Source: Candidatus Bathyarchaeia archaeon (GTDB lineage: Archaea; Thermoproteota; Bathyarchaeia; Bathyarchaeales; Bathycorpusculaceae). From it: a DNA stretch of 49,593 nt. The stretch spans positions 1 to 49,593 of the forward strand of contig JBEKKX010000017.1 of assembly GCA_050010515.1 (NCBI GenBank), given 5' to 3'. Below are positions 28,865 to 39,467 of this stretch, one piece after another. The notes under the pieces are model-generated. The model was not told the DNA's origin and ran no database searches. It saw nothing but the letters and a program-made list of their open reading frames with translations. How positions within the stretch are numbered: the stretch's first letter is position 1; each line of letters begins with the position of its first letter. Position numbers and translations under genes: made by a program.

Positions 28865-29188
28865 CTATTTTTCTATTAATTCAAATTTTCCGAGAGAGTG
28901 ATAGCAGCCCACGCCGTAGCCTTGTTTCTCGCAGAATTCGAGGACTCTGGACGTGGCTCTCAGGTCGATAGCTTTCAGTGTTTCCTCGTCTGGTCCGACG
29001 ACTTCTAAGATTAAGTCAAGGCCTCCTGTGCCGCAGCAGGAAAATATGTTTTTAAAAACCTTCACGTTGTAGGTTGCGGGGAGTTTCATTTCTTCAATTA
29101 TTTGCTTGACGTTGTCGATTAAATCGTCGACTTGACCTGGACTTGTACATTGGTTGAAGTGTATTTCCCGGCAGCTTATTATAGACAT
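28865..29188 (-). CDS. Hypothetical Cys-rich protein (FSCCGTGG)
   Basis: 107 aa, six Cys, GGGGGTG RBS, starts immediately after the Lrp-RAM gene. Confidence 0.7.
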   Translation of the reverse strand: MSIISCREIHFNQCTSPGQVDDLIDNVKQIIEEMKLPATYNVKVFKNIFSCCGTGGLDLILEVVGPDEETLKAIDLRATSRVLEFCEKQGYGVGCYHSLGKFELIEK

Positions 29189-29189
29189 T

Positions 29190-29429
29190 TCACACCCCCT
29201 TGGATGGAACCACTAAGGTCACCGTTTCTTTGATTCCGCTAACTTTACGTATTTTATCGAAAATGAATTCGTCAAGTTCTTCCATTGTGTCAAACTTGAT
29301 TTCGACGTGCAGGTCGTAGATGCCATAGGTCAAAGTGATCGACGTGACTCCGACCATTTTCCTTATTGTCTCAAACGCCTGCTTGTCTTGGCCAGCTTCT
29401 ATTTTAGCCAGCACATATGCTACTGGCAT
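29190..29429 (-). CDS. Stand-alone Lrp/AsnC ligand-binding (RAM) domain protein
   Basis: AYVLAKIEAG, TYGIYDL, IRKVSGIKETVTL; divergent from the hdrA operon. Confidence 0.88.
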   Translation of the reverse strand: MPVAYVLAKIEAGQDKQAFETIRKMVGVTSITLTYGIYDLHVEIKFDTMEELDEFIFDKIRKVSGIKETVTLVVPSKGV

Positions 29430-29614
29430 TTAAACACCGTTTACATGTTGTCTGCTGGATTTATTAATTTTTCGCACACCATTTTCATACGAGGAGAGAG
29501 GCTTTGGAATTAGTCGATGGCACAATAACATCCCAAAAACAAGTTAGTAACCACAAGATATTTAGCCTTAGACAATATACGCGTTTACCCATCACAGATA
29601 AGTGGGCCTAACTC

Positions 29615-30931
29615 ATGTCCAAGTCAGTTCTGGTCGTCGGAGGTGGAATTGCGGGCATTCAGGCATCATTGGATTTGGCCAATCGAGGCACGAAAGTCTA
29701 TCTTATTGAAAAGACTCCCAGCATAGGCGGACGCATGGCCCAGCTTGACAAAACCTTTCCAACTCTGGACTGTTCCATTTGTATACTTGCTCCAAAGATG
29801 ATAGAGTGTCTCAGACACTCGAACATCAGCCTACTTACATACTCAGAAGTCCAGCATGTTGAAGGTGAAGAGGGAAATTTCACTGTGAAAATCCTTCGAA
29901 AGCCTCGCTACGTAGAATTCTCCAAATGCACAGGCTGCGGCACTTGCATGGAGAAGTGTCCAGTTAAGGTTCCGAACGAATTTGACATGGGATTGGGAAA
30001 GAGGAAAGCTATTTATATGCCGTTTAAGCAAGCGGTTCCTCTCGTCGCCACAATAGATGCAGAACATTGTCTTTACTTTTCGAGAAAAATTTGCGGTGTC
30101 TGCCAAAAGGTGTGCCCGTCGAATGCCATTGACTACAATCAAAAACCTGAAGAAATAGACTTGAATGTAGCTTCAATAATCTTGGCCACAGGCTTTGACA
30201 TTTTTGATCCCTCGGCTATCGGCGAGTACGGCTACGGCAGGTTCCAAAATGTGCTCACCTCCATGGAGTTCGAGAGGATAATATGTGCATCTGGCCCAAC
30301 TGGAGGGCATCTTGTTCGTCCCTCAGACGGAAAAGAACCTAGGAGCGTCGTTTTCGTTCAGTGTGTGGGTTCAAGAAACCTGCATGGCAGATTCCCTTTC
30401 TGTTCTTCAGTATGCTGCGTTTATGCCACTAAAGAGTCAATTCTCGTGAAAGAGCACTCTCCGCAAACTCAACCTTACATCATGTATATTGACATGAGAG
30501 CTGTGGGGAAAGGCTTCCAGGAATTTGTCGACAGGGCAAGAGAAGAATACGGCGTGAAATACATCAAAGCGCATCCAGGCGGTATAGCTGAAGACCCAGC
30601 TACAAAGAATTTGCAGATCCACTACGAGGACACAAAGAGTGGCGAAATGAAAAAGCTTGATGCCGACCTCGTCGTGCTATGCCCCGCTTTGATCCCGAAG
30701 ACAGAAAACAAGAGGCTCGCTGAAGAAATGGGAATAGAACTTGATGATGCTAGTTTCTTCAAAGCTAAGGACCTGCTCACGGCACCTATGGACACAACTT
30801 CCGCGGGGATTTACATTTGCGGATACTGCCAAGGTCCCAAAGACATCCCTGAGAGCGTGGCCCAAGCCAGCGGAGCGGCTGCCAGAGCGGCAGAGACCAT
30901 TGCGTTGACGACAAAGGGGCGGAAACAATGA
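29615..30931 (+). CDS. hdrA: Heterodisulfide reductase A-like, first FAD module (split form, part 1)
   Basis: GGGIAG, LDKTFPTLDCSICIL, inserted ferredoxin (CTGCGTC..CP), VQCVGSR..CSSVCC, GPKDIPES. Confidence 0.92.
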   Translation: MSKSVLVVGGGIAGIQASLDLANRGTKVYLIEKTPSIGGRMAQLDKTFPTLDCSICILAPKMIECLRHSNISLLTYSEVQHVEGEEGNFTVKILRKPRYVEFSKCTGCGTCMEKCPVKVPNEFDMGLGKRKAIYMPFKQAVPLVATIDAEHCLYFSRKICGVCQKVCPSNAIDYNQKPEEIDLNVASIILATGFDIFDPSAIGEYGYGRFQNVLTSMEFERIICASGPTGGHLVRPSDGKEPRSVVFVQCVGSRNLHGRFPFCSSVCCVYATKESILVKEHSPQTQPYIMYIDMRAVGKGFQEFVDRAREEYGVKYIKAHPGGIAEDPATKNLQIHYEDTKSGEMKKLDADLVVLCPALIPKTENKRLAEEMGIELDDASFFKAKDLLTAPMDTTSAGIYICGYCQGPKDIPESVAQASGAAARAAETIALTTKGRKQ

Positions 30932-32655
30932 GCGACAAACATAAACCGAGGATCGGCGTCTTCGTGTGCCACTGTGGTGTCAACATAGGCGGCGTCGTAA
31001 ACGTGCCTGCAGTCGTAGAGTACGCAAAAGCTCAGCCTAATGTTGCCTATGCCGAAGGCAATCTTTACACATGCTCATCTGAAGGACTGTACAAGATTAA
31101 AGAGGCCATCAAGAAATATGACCTTGACAGAGTAGTGGTAGCTTCATGTACTCCCAGAACACACGAGCCACTTTTTAGGGCTGCATGCGAAGAAGCAAAC
31201 CTGAATAAGTACATGTTTCACATGGCAAACATTCGTGAACAGTGTAGCTGGGTGCATGCCAGAGAGCCCGAAAAGGCCACAGAGAAAGCCAAAGAGACTG
31301 TCAAGATGGCTATCGCCAAAGCTGCACTACTCGAACCTCAGACGGAACCTGAGATTGAGGTTCAACCTTCAGCACTCGTCATCGGTGGTGGAGTTTCAGG
31401 AATGACGGCGGCTATCAGCCTTGCCAACCAAGGCTTTAATGTGAGCTTGGTAGAGAAAAACAAAGAGCTCGGCGGGAAACTATGCGAACTATACAGGCTG
31501 TATCCCAGCGATAAGCTGAGTTCAGAAGTTCTTGGCGAGTACATCCAGTCCGTGCGCTCAAACCCAAACATCAAAATCTATACGTCCTCTACTGTGAAGC
31601 GTGTCGATGGTTTCATCGGAAACTTCGAAGTAACCCTCAACCGCAAGATTTACACTCAAATTTATTTAGCGCAGGAGCACGAAGAAAAACTCAAGGCTGG
31701 CACGATAGTGGTTGCCACAGGAGCCGACGTTTTTAAGCCCGACGGAATGCACTGCTACGGCGAAAATAGGAACGTCATAACCCAACTCGAGCTTGAAAAA
31801 CTCATGAAAGAAGGAAAACTTGGGAAGCCAAAGAACATACTTATGATTCAATGCGTCGGTGCGAGAGAAGGAAAAGTGGGCGGACGAAACTACTGCTCCA
31901 GAATATGTTGCACCATGGCACTTAAAAACGCCATGATAATCAAGGAAATGCTTCCAGACTCTGAAGTTTCAATACTGTACAGAGACATGCAAGCGTACGG
32001 CAAAGACTTCGAAGAGCAATATGAGAAGGCTAGACAAAACTTCGTGCAATTCATAAGATACGACGATGATAGTCCACCCGAGGTGCGTTCAGGCGCAAAC
32101 GGCAAACTCTCAGTTAAGGTGCATGACATCTTGGTCAACTACACACTCGAGCTGGATGCCGACCTCATAGTGTTATCTACCCCACTCGTTAAATCGGAAG
32201 ACGCGGCCGAACTTTCAAAGCTCCTGAAGGTCCCGTTAGGGGCAGACGGCTTCTTCTTGGAAGCACACGTTAAACTCAGACCCGTCGATTTCGCGACAGA
32301 TGGCATTTTCTTATGTGGAACCGCGCATGGACCCAAAACGATCCCCGAAAGCATCATTCAAGCCTACGCTGCTGCATCGAGGGCAGGCATCCCTATGGCG
32401 CTAGGAAAGGTTAGAACCGAAGCAATAACGGCTCGTGTTGACGAGACCAGATGCACCGGATGTGGCACATGCGTCAAGCTGTGCACGTACAGCGCCATAA
32501 GAAAAGATGAGCATGGAGTTGCAAGGGTAAACGATGTTTTATGCAAGGGCTGTGGAGTGTGTTCCGCAAGTTGCCCTGAAAAAGCCATTGACATGCGGCA
32601 CTTCAGTGACGCTCAAATTATCGCTGAAGCAACATCTGCGATAGGGGGGTCTTAA
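30928..32655 (+). CDS. hdrA: Heterodisulfide reductase A-like, second FAD module (split form, part 2)
   Basis: [52 protein letters not shown]-terminal 2x[4Fe-4S]. Confidence 0.92.
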   Translation: MSDKHKPRIGVFVCHCGVNIGGVVNVPAVVEYAKAQPNVAYAEGNLYTCSSEGLYKIKEAIKKYDLDRVVVASCTPRTHEPLFRAACEEANLNKYMFHMANIREQCSWVHAREPEKATEKAKETVKMAIAKAALLEPQTEPEIEVQPSALVIGGGVSGMTAAISLANQGFNVSLVEKNKELGGKLCELYRLYPSDKLSSEVLGEYIQSVRSNPNIKIYTSSTVKRVDGFIGNFEVTLNRKIYTQIYLAQEHEEKLKAGTIVVATGADVFKPDGMHCYGENRNVITQLELEKLMKEGKLGKPKNILMIQCVGAREGKVGGRNYCSRICCTMALKNAMIIKEMLPDSEVSILYRDMQAYGKDFEEQYEKARQNFVQFIRYDDDSPPEVRSGANGKLSVKVHDILVNYTLELDADLIVLSTPLVKSEDAAELSKLLKVPLGADGFFLEAHVKLRPVDFATDGIFLCGTAHGPKTIPESIIQAYAAASRAGIPMALGKVRTEAITARVDETRCTGCGTCVKLCTYSAIRKDEHGVARVNDVLCKGCGVCSASCPEKAIDMRHFSDAQIIAEATSAIGGS

Positions 32656-32656
32656 G

Positions 32657-33430
32657 GTGGTGGAATTTGAACCCAAGATAATCGGTTTTCTCTGCAACTG
32701 GTGCAGTTATGCAGGCGCAGACCTAGCTGGTGTAAGCAGAATTCAGTATCCCTCTAACATTCGAGTGGTAAGAGTCATGTGTAGCGGAAGAATAGACCCG
32801 GTGATCCCTCTACAAGTTTTCGCACAAGGCGCCGACGGAGTCATTGTCTTGGGATGCCACCCCGGCGACTGTCACTACTCGGAAGGAAATCTTTATGAAG
32901 AGAAAAAAATTAAACTGCTCAAAAAACTGTTGGCGCTGAGCGGTTTGGGTTCAGAAAGGTTAGAACTCGAATGGGTTTCAGCATCGGAAGGCCAAAGATT
33001 CGCCCAAGTAGTGACGCAATTTACGGAACAAATAAGGAAGCTAGGTCCGTCTCCCTTATCTGGAACTAAACCAGACCCGAAGATGATTGAGAATCTTGCG
33101 GCTGCAATAGACGTTGCTGCAGGTTTCAGGCTAAGAGTTCTAGTTGGCAAGGAAAGGGAGTTAACCGAAAAAAGCAATGTCTATGGTGAAAAAGTCCTTC
33201 AAGAGGAATTTGAGGACCTTCTCGACGAGGCAGTTGAAGCCGAATTCCTGCGTCACAAAATTCATGTTTTAACGAGGAACAACTCGTTGCCGATCAGGGC
33301 TCTGGCGGTGGCCACCGAGCTGAAACCGAGCGATGTTCTCAAGCATATTGTTGCAATGCGGAGAAGAAACATGATTACGGTTGATCACATTGAAGGGAAC
33401 ACGCCTTTCTACAAGGCTTTGGAGGCGTAA
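32657..33430 (+). CDS. mvhD: MvhD ([2Fe-2S]) with C-terminal extension ending in a winged-helix-like domain
   Basis: [35 protein letters not shown], plus about 125 extra residues. Confidence 0.88.
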   Translation: MVEFEPKIIGFLCNWCSYAGADLAGVSRIQYPSNIRVVRVMCSGRIDPVIPLQVFAQGADGVIVLGCHPGDCHYSEGNLYEEKKIKLLKKLLALSGLGSERLELEWVSASEGQRFAQVVTQFTEQIRKLGPSPLSGTKPDPKMIENLAAAIDVAAGFRLRVLVGKERELTEKSNVYGEKVLQEEFEDLLDEAVEAEFLRHKIHVLTRNNSLPIRALAVATELKPSDVLKHIVAMRRRNMITVDHIEGNTPFYKALEA

Positions 33431-33436
33431 TAGCAG

Positions 33437-36400
33437 ATGGTTGACGAGAAAATCGGCGCGGTAATGGTTGTTGGCGGCGGCGTTGCGGGCATTCAGGCTT
33501 CACTTGACCTAGCTGATTCAGGGTTCAGGGTGTACCTTATAGATAAAGGACCCAGCATCGGCGGTGTGATGGCCCAGCTTGACAAGACATTTCCTACAAA
33601 TGATTGCTCAATGTGTATTCTTTCGCCCAAGCTTGTGGCTACCGGAAGACACCCGAACATCACAATCCTGACGAACGCTGAGATAGCGAATTTGAGTGGC
33701 CAAGCCGGGAACTTTGAAGTTGAACTTCAACGAAAAAGCCGTTTCATAATCGAGGAAAAGTGTAACGGATGCGGTCTGTGCGCCCAGAAGTGTCCTATTG
33801 AAGCGGTCGATCCTTTCAATGAAGGGCTCGGACAGAAAGGCGCGGTTTACGTTGAATATCCGCAGGCTGTACCGCTGAAGTACCTGATCGACCGCGAAAA
33901 ATGCATCGGATGCGGAACATGCGAGGAAGTCTGTAAGGCTGGTGCAATTCAGTATGACCAGAAAGACAGCCAAGTCAAACTGAGGGTAGGCTCAATAATA
34001 CTTGCGCCGGGCTTCGAACCTTTCGACGCAAGACTCAAAACTGAATATGGGTACGGACGCTACCCAAACGTGGTTAACAGCATCGAATTCGAACGTATAT
34101 TGAGTGCTTCTGGACCTTACGGCGGGCTTGTCTTGCGGCCCTCAGACGGTGAAATACCGAAAAGAGTTGCGTTCGTTCAGTGTGTGGGTTCAAGGGATTA
34201 TAAGGTTGGAAACAAATATTGTTCTGCAGCTTGTTGCATGTACGGGATCAAAGAAGCGGTGATAGCAAAGGAGCACACGCCCACGCCGCTCGCGGCATCA
34301 ATTTTTTACATGGACATGCGTTCGTATGGAAAGGAATTTGACGAATATCGCAACCGTGCTGAAGAAGAGTATGGCATAAGATTTATGCGTTCACGCGCAG
34401 GTTCAGTCACCGAGGACCCAGCCACTGGTAATCTTTTTGTTCACTACGTCAAAGATGAAACGCCCGTGAACGAAGAGTTCGACATGGTAGTCCTGTCCAT
34501 AGGTATGCTGCCTCCGAAAAATATAGAAAAACTCGCAGCCGTTCTGGGAATTGAGCTTAACCAATATAATTTTTGCGAAACTCAAACGTTCGCCCCGATG
34601 TGCACGTCAAAACCAGGCATATTCGTTTGCGGAGCTTTTTCCGCGCCTAAAGACATCCCAGAGAGCGTGGCGCAAGCAAGCGGGGCTGCAGCCAACGCTA
34701 TGAGTATAATAGCTAGCGCCAGAGGAACTCTAGTTACAGAGCGAAGTTACCCACCGGAAAGAGATGTCCTTGGAGAGCCACCTCGAATCGGCGTCTTTAT
34801 TTGTCACTGCGGAATCAACATTGGCGGGGTGGTGAATGTTCCCGAGGTTGTGGAGTACGCCAAGACTTTGCCCAATGTTGTTTATGCGGAAGCGAACGTT
34901 TACACGTGTTCGCAGGACACACAGAAGCTTATCAAAGAAAAGATTGTGCAGAACAAGCTTAACCGTGTGGTTGTGGCGTCGTGCACTCCGCGAACTCATG
35001 AGCCGCTATTCAAGGAAACGGTGCAGGAAGCTGGATTGAATCCGTACTTGTTTGAAATGACGAACATCCGCGACCAATGCAGCTGGGTCCATATGCACCA
35101 ACCGAAAGAAGCAACCAAGAAAGCCAAGGATCTCGTGCGTTCGATTACCGCTAAGGCCAAGCTTTTGAAACCCTTGAAGAAGCCACTCATAAACGTCACT
35201 CAAGTTGGCTTAGTCATAGGCGGCGGGGTTTCAGGAATGACTGCAGCCTTAGAGCTCGCCAAGCAAGGGTTTGAAGTACACCTTGTCGAGAAGGAGCCGG
35301 AGTTGGGCGGTCACCTGCGCAACATCTATTACCTGTTGGGAGAGAAGACTGATCCCCAAAAGAAACTCCACGCCCTGATCGAGCAGGTTAAGAAAAACGA
35401 AAACATTCACGTTTACACAGAGGCAGAGGTCTTAGATGTCTACGGGTTCGTAGGCAACTTCAAGTCCAAGATAAAGCAGCCAAACATGCTGAAGGAACTC
35501 GAACACGGAATAATTATCGTAGCCACAGGGGCCATGGAATACACGCCTACAGAATACCTCTACGGTGAAGACCCGAGGATAATAACGCAGCACGAACTGG
35601 AAAAAACCCTCGCCAAAGGCCAATTCAAGGCCAAAAACGTAGTGATGATCCAGTGTGTTGGAGCAAGAAACAAGGAAAAACCGAATTGCGCACGAATATG
35701 CTGCGGACAAGCCACAAAAAACGCTCTCAAAATCAAAGAAACAGACCCAGAAACGGAGGTCTACATTCTTTACAAGGACATGAGAACTTACGGTTTTAAG
35801 GAAGACTTCTACCGCGAGTCGGCGGCGAAAGGCACTCTTTTCATAAGTTTCGACGAGGAAAGAAAACCACGCATCACAATAGACAACGGAAAGCTCAAGG
35901 CTGTCTTCTGGGACCCAGTCTTAAAGCAGGAAGTTGAACTAGAACCTGACCTAGTGGTTTTAAGCGCAGCAACGGTTCCCAATCCCGGAAACAAGCACTT
36001 GGCAGAGATGCTGAAGGTGCCCCTAACGAAGGATGGGTTCTTCTTGGAAGCACACATGAAGCTCAGACCCGTTGATTTTGCCACGGACGGAGTCTTTCTC
36101 TGTGGTATGGCGCACTCACCAAAGTACTTAGACGAGAGCATTGCTCAGGCATGTGCAGCTGCCTCCAGGGCCACTACGGTGCTTTCGAAGAAAACACTTG
36201 AGACGGAAGGAACCATTGCAAGTGTGGTCGAAGATTTATGCAGTGGCTGCAGGATTTGCGAGCATCTGTGCCCCTATGGAGCGGTTGAAATTCAAATTAA
36301 GAACGGCAAGCCCGTTGCGCACGTGTTAGAAGCATTATGCAAAGGGTGTGGTTCCTGCGGCACAGCCTGCCCAACCAAAGCCATTACATTAGGGCACTTC

Positions 36401-36457
36401 ACAAACGAAGAAATTCTTGCACAGATCGACGCTGCATTGCTGGAGGAAGAACGATGA
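33437..36457 (+). CDS. hdrA: Double-FAD heterodisulfide reductase A (fused form, 1006 aa)
   Basis: Collinear with the two split genes joined: GGGVAG..DCSMCIL..CSAACC..PKDIPES, then [22 protein letters not shown]..ferredoxin. Confidence 0.93.
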   Translation: MVDEKIGAVMVVGGGVAGIQASLDLADSGFRVYLIDKGPSIGGVMAQLDKTFPTNDCSMCILSPKLVATGRHPNITILTNAEIANLSGQAGNFEVELQRKSRFIIEEKCNGCGLCAQKCPIEAVDPFNEGLGQKGAVYVEYPQAVPLKYLIDREKCIGCGTCEEVCKAGAIQYDQKDSQVKLRVGSIILAPGFEPFDARLKTEYGYGRYPNVVNSIEFERILSASGPYGGLVLRPSDGEIPKRVAFVQCVGSRDYKVGNKYCSAACCMYGIKEAVIAKEHTPTPLAASIFYMDMRSYGKEFDEYRNRAEEEYGIRFMRSRAGSVTEDPATGNLFVHYVKDETPVNEEFDMVVLSIGMLPPKNIEKLAAVLGIELNQYNFCETQTFAPMCTSKPGIFVCGAFSAPKDIPESVAQASGAAANAMSIIASARGTLVTERSYPPERDVLGEPPRIGVFICHCGINIGGVVNVPEVVEYAKTLPNVVYAEANVYTCSQDTQKLIKEKIVQNKLNRVVVASCTPRTHEPLFKETVQEAGLNPYLFEMTNIRDQCSWVHMHQPKEATKKAKDLVRSITAKAKLLKPLKKPLINVTQVGLVIGGGVSGMTAALELAKQGFEVHLVEKEPELGGHLRNIYYLLGEKTDPQKKLHALIEQVKKNENIHVYTEAEVLDVYGFVGNFKSKIKQPNMLKELEHGIIIVATGAMEYTPTEYLYGEDPRIITQHELEKTLAKGQFKAKNVVMIQCVGARNKEKPNCARICCGQATKNALKIKETDPETEVYILYKDMRTYGFKEDFYRESAAKGTLFISFDEERKPRITIDNGKLKAVFWDPVLKQEVELEPDLVVLSAATVPNPGNKHLAEMLKVPLTKDGFFLEAHMKLRPVDFATDGVFLCGMAHSPKYLDESIAQACAAASRATTVLSKKTLETEGTIASVVEDLCSGCRICEHLCPYGAVEIQIKNGKPVAHVLEALCKGCGSCGTACPTKAITLGHFTNEEILAQIDAALLEEER

Positions 36458-36891
36458 CTGCCTCCGACGGTTTTGAACCCAAGATAATCGGTTTTCTCTG
36501 CAACTGGTGTAGCTATGCAGGCGCCGACCTAGCCGGTGTGAGTAGAATCCAGTATCCGCCGAACATTATAATTATTCGAGTAATGTGCAGTGGCAGAATT
36601 GACCCAGCCTTTGTCCTAAAAGCTTTCAAAGATGGTGCCGACGGCGTGCTCATTGCAGGTTGCCATTTGCCCTCAGACTGCCACTACATCAACGGAAATT
36701 TCAAAGCTAAAAGGAGGATAACCCTTCTGAAAAAAGTCCTGCAAGAGTTCGGTATCGAGAATAAGCGTGTCAGGTTGGAGTGGATCTCCGCAAGTGAAGG
36801 AGACAAATTCGCAGCCGTAGTCCGCGACATGGTGAGAGAGATCAAGGAATTGGGACCAAACCCGTTAACGATTAAGGAGGTAAAAACTTGA
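36454..36891 (+). CDS. mvhD: MvhD hydrogenase [2Fe-2S] subunit
   Basis: [36 protein letters not shown]; ATGA overlap with hdrA. Confidence 0.92.
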   Translation: MTASDGFEPKIIGFLCNWCSYAGADLAGVSRIQYPPNIIIIRVMCSGRIDPAFVLKAFKDGADGVLIAGCHLPSDCHYINGNFKAKRRITLLKKVLQEFGIENKRVRLEWISASEGDKFAAVVRDMVREIKELGPNPLTIKEVKT

Positions 36892-37403
36892 CAACAGAAA
36901 CGATAAAACAGTCGGAAATTGACCCTAAATTCAAACATGAAATCTCAAAGATACAGGGTGGTGAAAAGCTGATGCGCTGTTTCCAATGTGGAACATGCAC
37001 GTCAGATTGCCCCGTCGCGAGGTTCAGCGACACTTACAGACCCAGACAGATAATTCGAATGACCCAGCTTGGCCTAAGAGAAAGAGTATTGCATAGTGAC
37101 ACCTTATGGCTCTGCGCGGCATGCTTCACGTGCTCAGACCGATGCCCTCAAGACGTTGAAGTAGCAAGCGTCATTCGCGTCTTGAGAAATCTTGCCGCTC
37201 AAGAGGGTTGCATGCCTCAGGTATTCAAGGACCAATGCGCAAGCATTCTGGAATCTGGTTATGCATACAAAATTCCGGAGTTGAGGATGAAGAAACGCGA
37301 GATTCTGGGGCTTCCTCCTTTGCCTAAAAGCAATCCTGAAAGCATCAAGAAGACTCTGCAAAGGGTGCACCTTCTGAAACACGTCGAGAAGAATGGTGAG
37401 TAA
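36888..37403 (+). CDS. hdrC: Heterodisulfide reductase subunit C, copy 1
   Basis: [12 protein letters not shown] and [15 protein letters not shown]. Confidence 0.92.
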   Translation: MTTETIKQSEIDPKFKHEISKIQGGEKLMRCFQCGTCTSDCPVARFSDTYRPRQIIRMTQLGLRERVLHSDTLWLCAACFTCSDRCPQDVEVASVIRVLRNLAAQEGCMPQVFKDQCASILESGYAYKIPELRMKKREILGLPPLPKSNPESIKKTLQRVHLLKHVEKNGE

Positions 37404-38283
37404 GATGAGCGAACATAGGTACCTCCTGTTTCTTGGATGTGCTATCCCGTACCGCGTTTCAGCTTACGAGATTTCCGCACGCAAAGTGCTCGCTAAACTT
37501 GGCGTCGAACTGGTTGAAATGCCCGAGTTCAATTGCTGCGGGCTTCCATTAGACCCCGTCAGCCATGAAACAATGCTCATCTTGTCAGCACGCAATTTGT
37601 CTTTGGCAGAGCAGCAAGGTTTGGATATTTTGACACTGTGCCCAGGCTGCGCAGGAACTTTGAGAAAGGTCAAAAGTATGCTGAAGCAGGATAAGTCTCT
37701 GCGTGACGAAATAAACAGTAATTTGAGGGAGGCAAATTTAGAGTTCAACGGGACGGTGAACTCGAAGCATCTGATGCAAGTGCTGATCGAGGATATCGGC
37801 TTGGAAAATATAAAACGCTCAGTGATCAAACCTCTATCGAACGTCAAGGTTGCGGAGCACAACGGCTGTCACATTTTGAGGCCGAAAGACATTGTAGGGT
37901 TCGAGGACCCGGAAAACCCCACAGGACTCAAAAAGCTGATTGAAGCGACTGGTGCTACATGCTTGGATTACATGGATGAAACTGAATGCTGTGGTGCCCC
38001 GAGTGTAGGAGTGAGCGACAAGGTTGCCCTGCAGTTGGCAAGAGACAAGTTGACCCACATCAAAGCAGTAGATGCACAAGCCATGATAACGATCTGCCCG
38101 TTCTGTCACATCATGTACGACACGAATCAACAACGTATTGAAAAGATGTTCAATGAAGTCTACGGTATTCCAATTCTGCATTATCCTCAATTGCTGGGCC
38201 TAGCAATGGGAATGTCACCTAATGAATTAGCTTTCAATGAATTGCGAGTTGACTGCTCAAAAATATTAAGGCAAGTGTGCTAA
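37393..38283 (+). CDS. hdrB: Heterodisulfide reductase subunit B, copy 1
   Basis: Two CCG domains: FLGC..CCG..CPGC and HNGC..CCG..CPFC. Confidence 0.93.
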   Translation: MVSKMSEHRYLLFLGCAIPYRVSAYEISARKVLAKLGVELVEMPEFNCCGLPLDPVSHETMLILSARNLSLAEQQGLDILTLCPGCAGTLRKVKSMLKQDKSLRDEINSNLREANLEFNGTVNSKHLMQVLIEDIGLENIKRSVIKPLSNVKVAEHNGCHILRPKDIVGFEDPENPTGLKKLIEATGATCLDYMDETECCGAPSVGVSDKVALQLARDKLTHIKAVDAQAMITICPFCHIMYDTNQQRIEKMFNEVYGIPILHYPQLLGLAMGMSPNELAFNELRVDCSKILRQVC

Positions 38284-38296
38284 GGCGGAAAAACAG

Positions 38297-39301
38297 ATGG
38301 ATAAAGAGAAATTGAAACTGGGCTTCTACTGGGCTGCAAGTTGCGGCGGCTGCGAAATAGCAGTGTTGGACTTAAACGAGAAAATATTAGATGTGGTGCA
38401 AATAGCGGACATAGTGTTCTGGCCTGTAGCCATGGACGTCAAGTACAAAGACGTCGAAGCCATGCCTGATAAATACATAGACATATGCTTCTTCAACGGT
38501 TCAGTCAGAAGCGAAGAACAAGAACACATGGCTAAACTCCTGAGACGAAAGTCCAAGACGCTTGTAGCATTCGGCTCCTGCGCTCAAGAGGGGTGCATAC
38601 CAGGACTGGCAAACCTCCATAATCGCAAAGAGATTTTCAACAAGGTCTACTTGGAAACCAAATCCACCTCCAATCCAAGCAGAGTGCTTCCAAAAACCAA
38701 GACTGAAGTGAAAGAAGGAGTCTTGAAGCTTCCAGAATTCTATGACACTGTGAAGACTTTAGATCAGACTGTTGAGGTGGACTACTACCTTCCCGGCTGT
38801 CCGCCTCCAGTTAAACTAATAGGGAACGCCGTTGAAGCCATAGCGAAAAATGCACTGCCTCCAAAGGGTTCGGTGCTTGCACCATTGAAGTCTGTGTGTG
38901 ACGAATGCCCAAGAAAAAAGGAAGACAAAAGAATCTCAAAGATATACCGCGTTTATGAAAAGACTCCTGAACCGGAAAAGTGCTTGCTTGAACAGGGAAT
39001 AATATGCATGGGACCAGCAACTCGCGGCGGATGCGAAGCTAAGTGCTTGACCGTTGACATGCCCTGCACAGGATGCGGCGGGCCTTGTCCGAACTCGATG
39101 GAACAGGGCGCAGCTATGCTTAGCGCGTTAGCCTCTATACTCGGGTTGGAAGAAGAACAGGAGCATCAAACTGAGGAAGACGTTGAGAATCTAATAAGCC
39201 AAATCAAAGATCCAATCGGAACTTTCTACATGTACTCGTTACCGTCATCGATCCTCAGGAGAAAGGTGATCGAACATGAAGGAAGTTCTGCTGGACCTTA
39301 A
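38297..39301 (+). CDS. mvhG: F420-non-reducing hydrogenase small subunit MvhG, copy 1
   Basis: SCGGC, FGSCA, PGCPP, VCDECP, CLLEQGIICMGPATRGGC, PCTGCGGP. Confidence 0.9.
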   Translation: MDKEKLKLGFYWAASCGGCEIAVLDLNEKILDVVQIADIVFWPVAMDVKYKDVEAMPDKYIDICFFNGSVRSEEQEHMAKLLRRKSKTLVAFGSCAQEGCIPGLANLHNRKEIFNKVYLETKSTSNPSRVLPKTKTEVKEGVLKLPEFYDTVKTLDQTVEVDYYLPGCPPPVKLIGNAVEAIAKNALPPKGSVLAPLKSVCDECPRKKEDKRISKIYRVYEKTPEPEKCLLEQGIICMGPATRGGCEAKCLTVDMPCTGCGGPCPNSMEQGAAMLSALASILGLEEEQEHQTEEDVENLISQIKDPIGTFYMYSLPSSILRRKVIEHEGSSAGP

Positions 39302-39308
39302 CACTTAA
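39276..39308 (+). pseudogene. Probable stub of mvhA (large subunit) 5' end
   Basis: AGGTGA RBS then MKEVLLDLNT* where mvhA normally starts (typically MKxIxIDPxTRIEGH). Confidence 0.45.
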
Positions 39309-39467
39309 AGAAATGAAAATGGTCCACAAATGTCAAGTTATCCGAACTATGTAATCTTTAAGCATTAGTTTTGTTTTAGAATACAGAATTTCGTCAAAGA
39401 AAAAAGAAGGCACAACAAACTTATTTATGCCGTTGCACGACCCTTAACTCAGAGGTTAAATTAAGAA

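Noticed and set aside
29543-29551. GTT-agt-AAC (SurR-type site) upstream of hdrA
   Set aside because: Only six specified bases, expected several times by chance in 50 kb; SurR is characterised in Thermococcales and no homolog is evident here.
29615-39301. Selenocysteine or pyrrolysine recoding in Hdr/Mvh genes
   Set aside because: Frames are uninterrupted, with Cys at the positions that are Sec in some methanogens.
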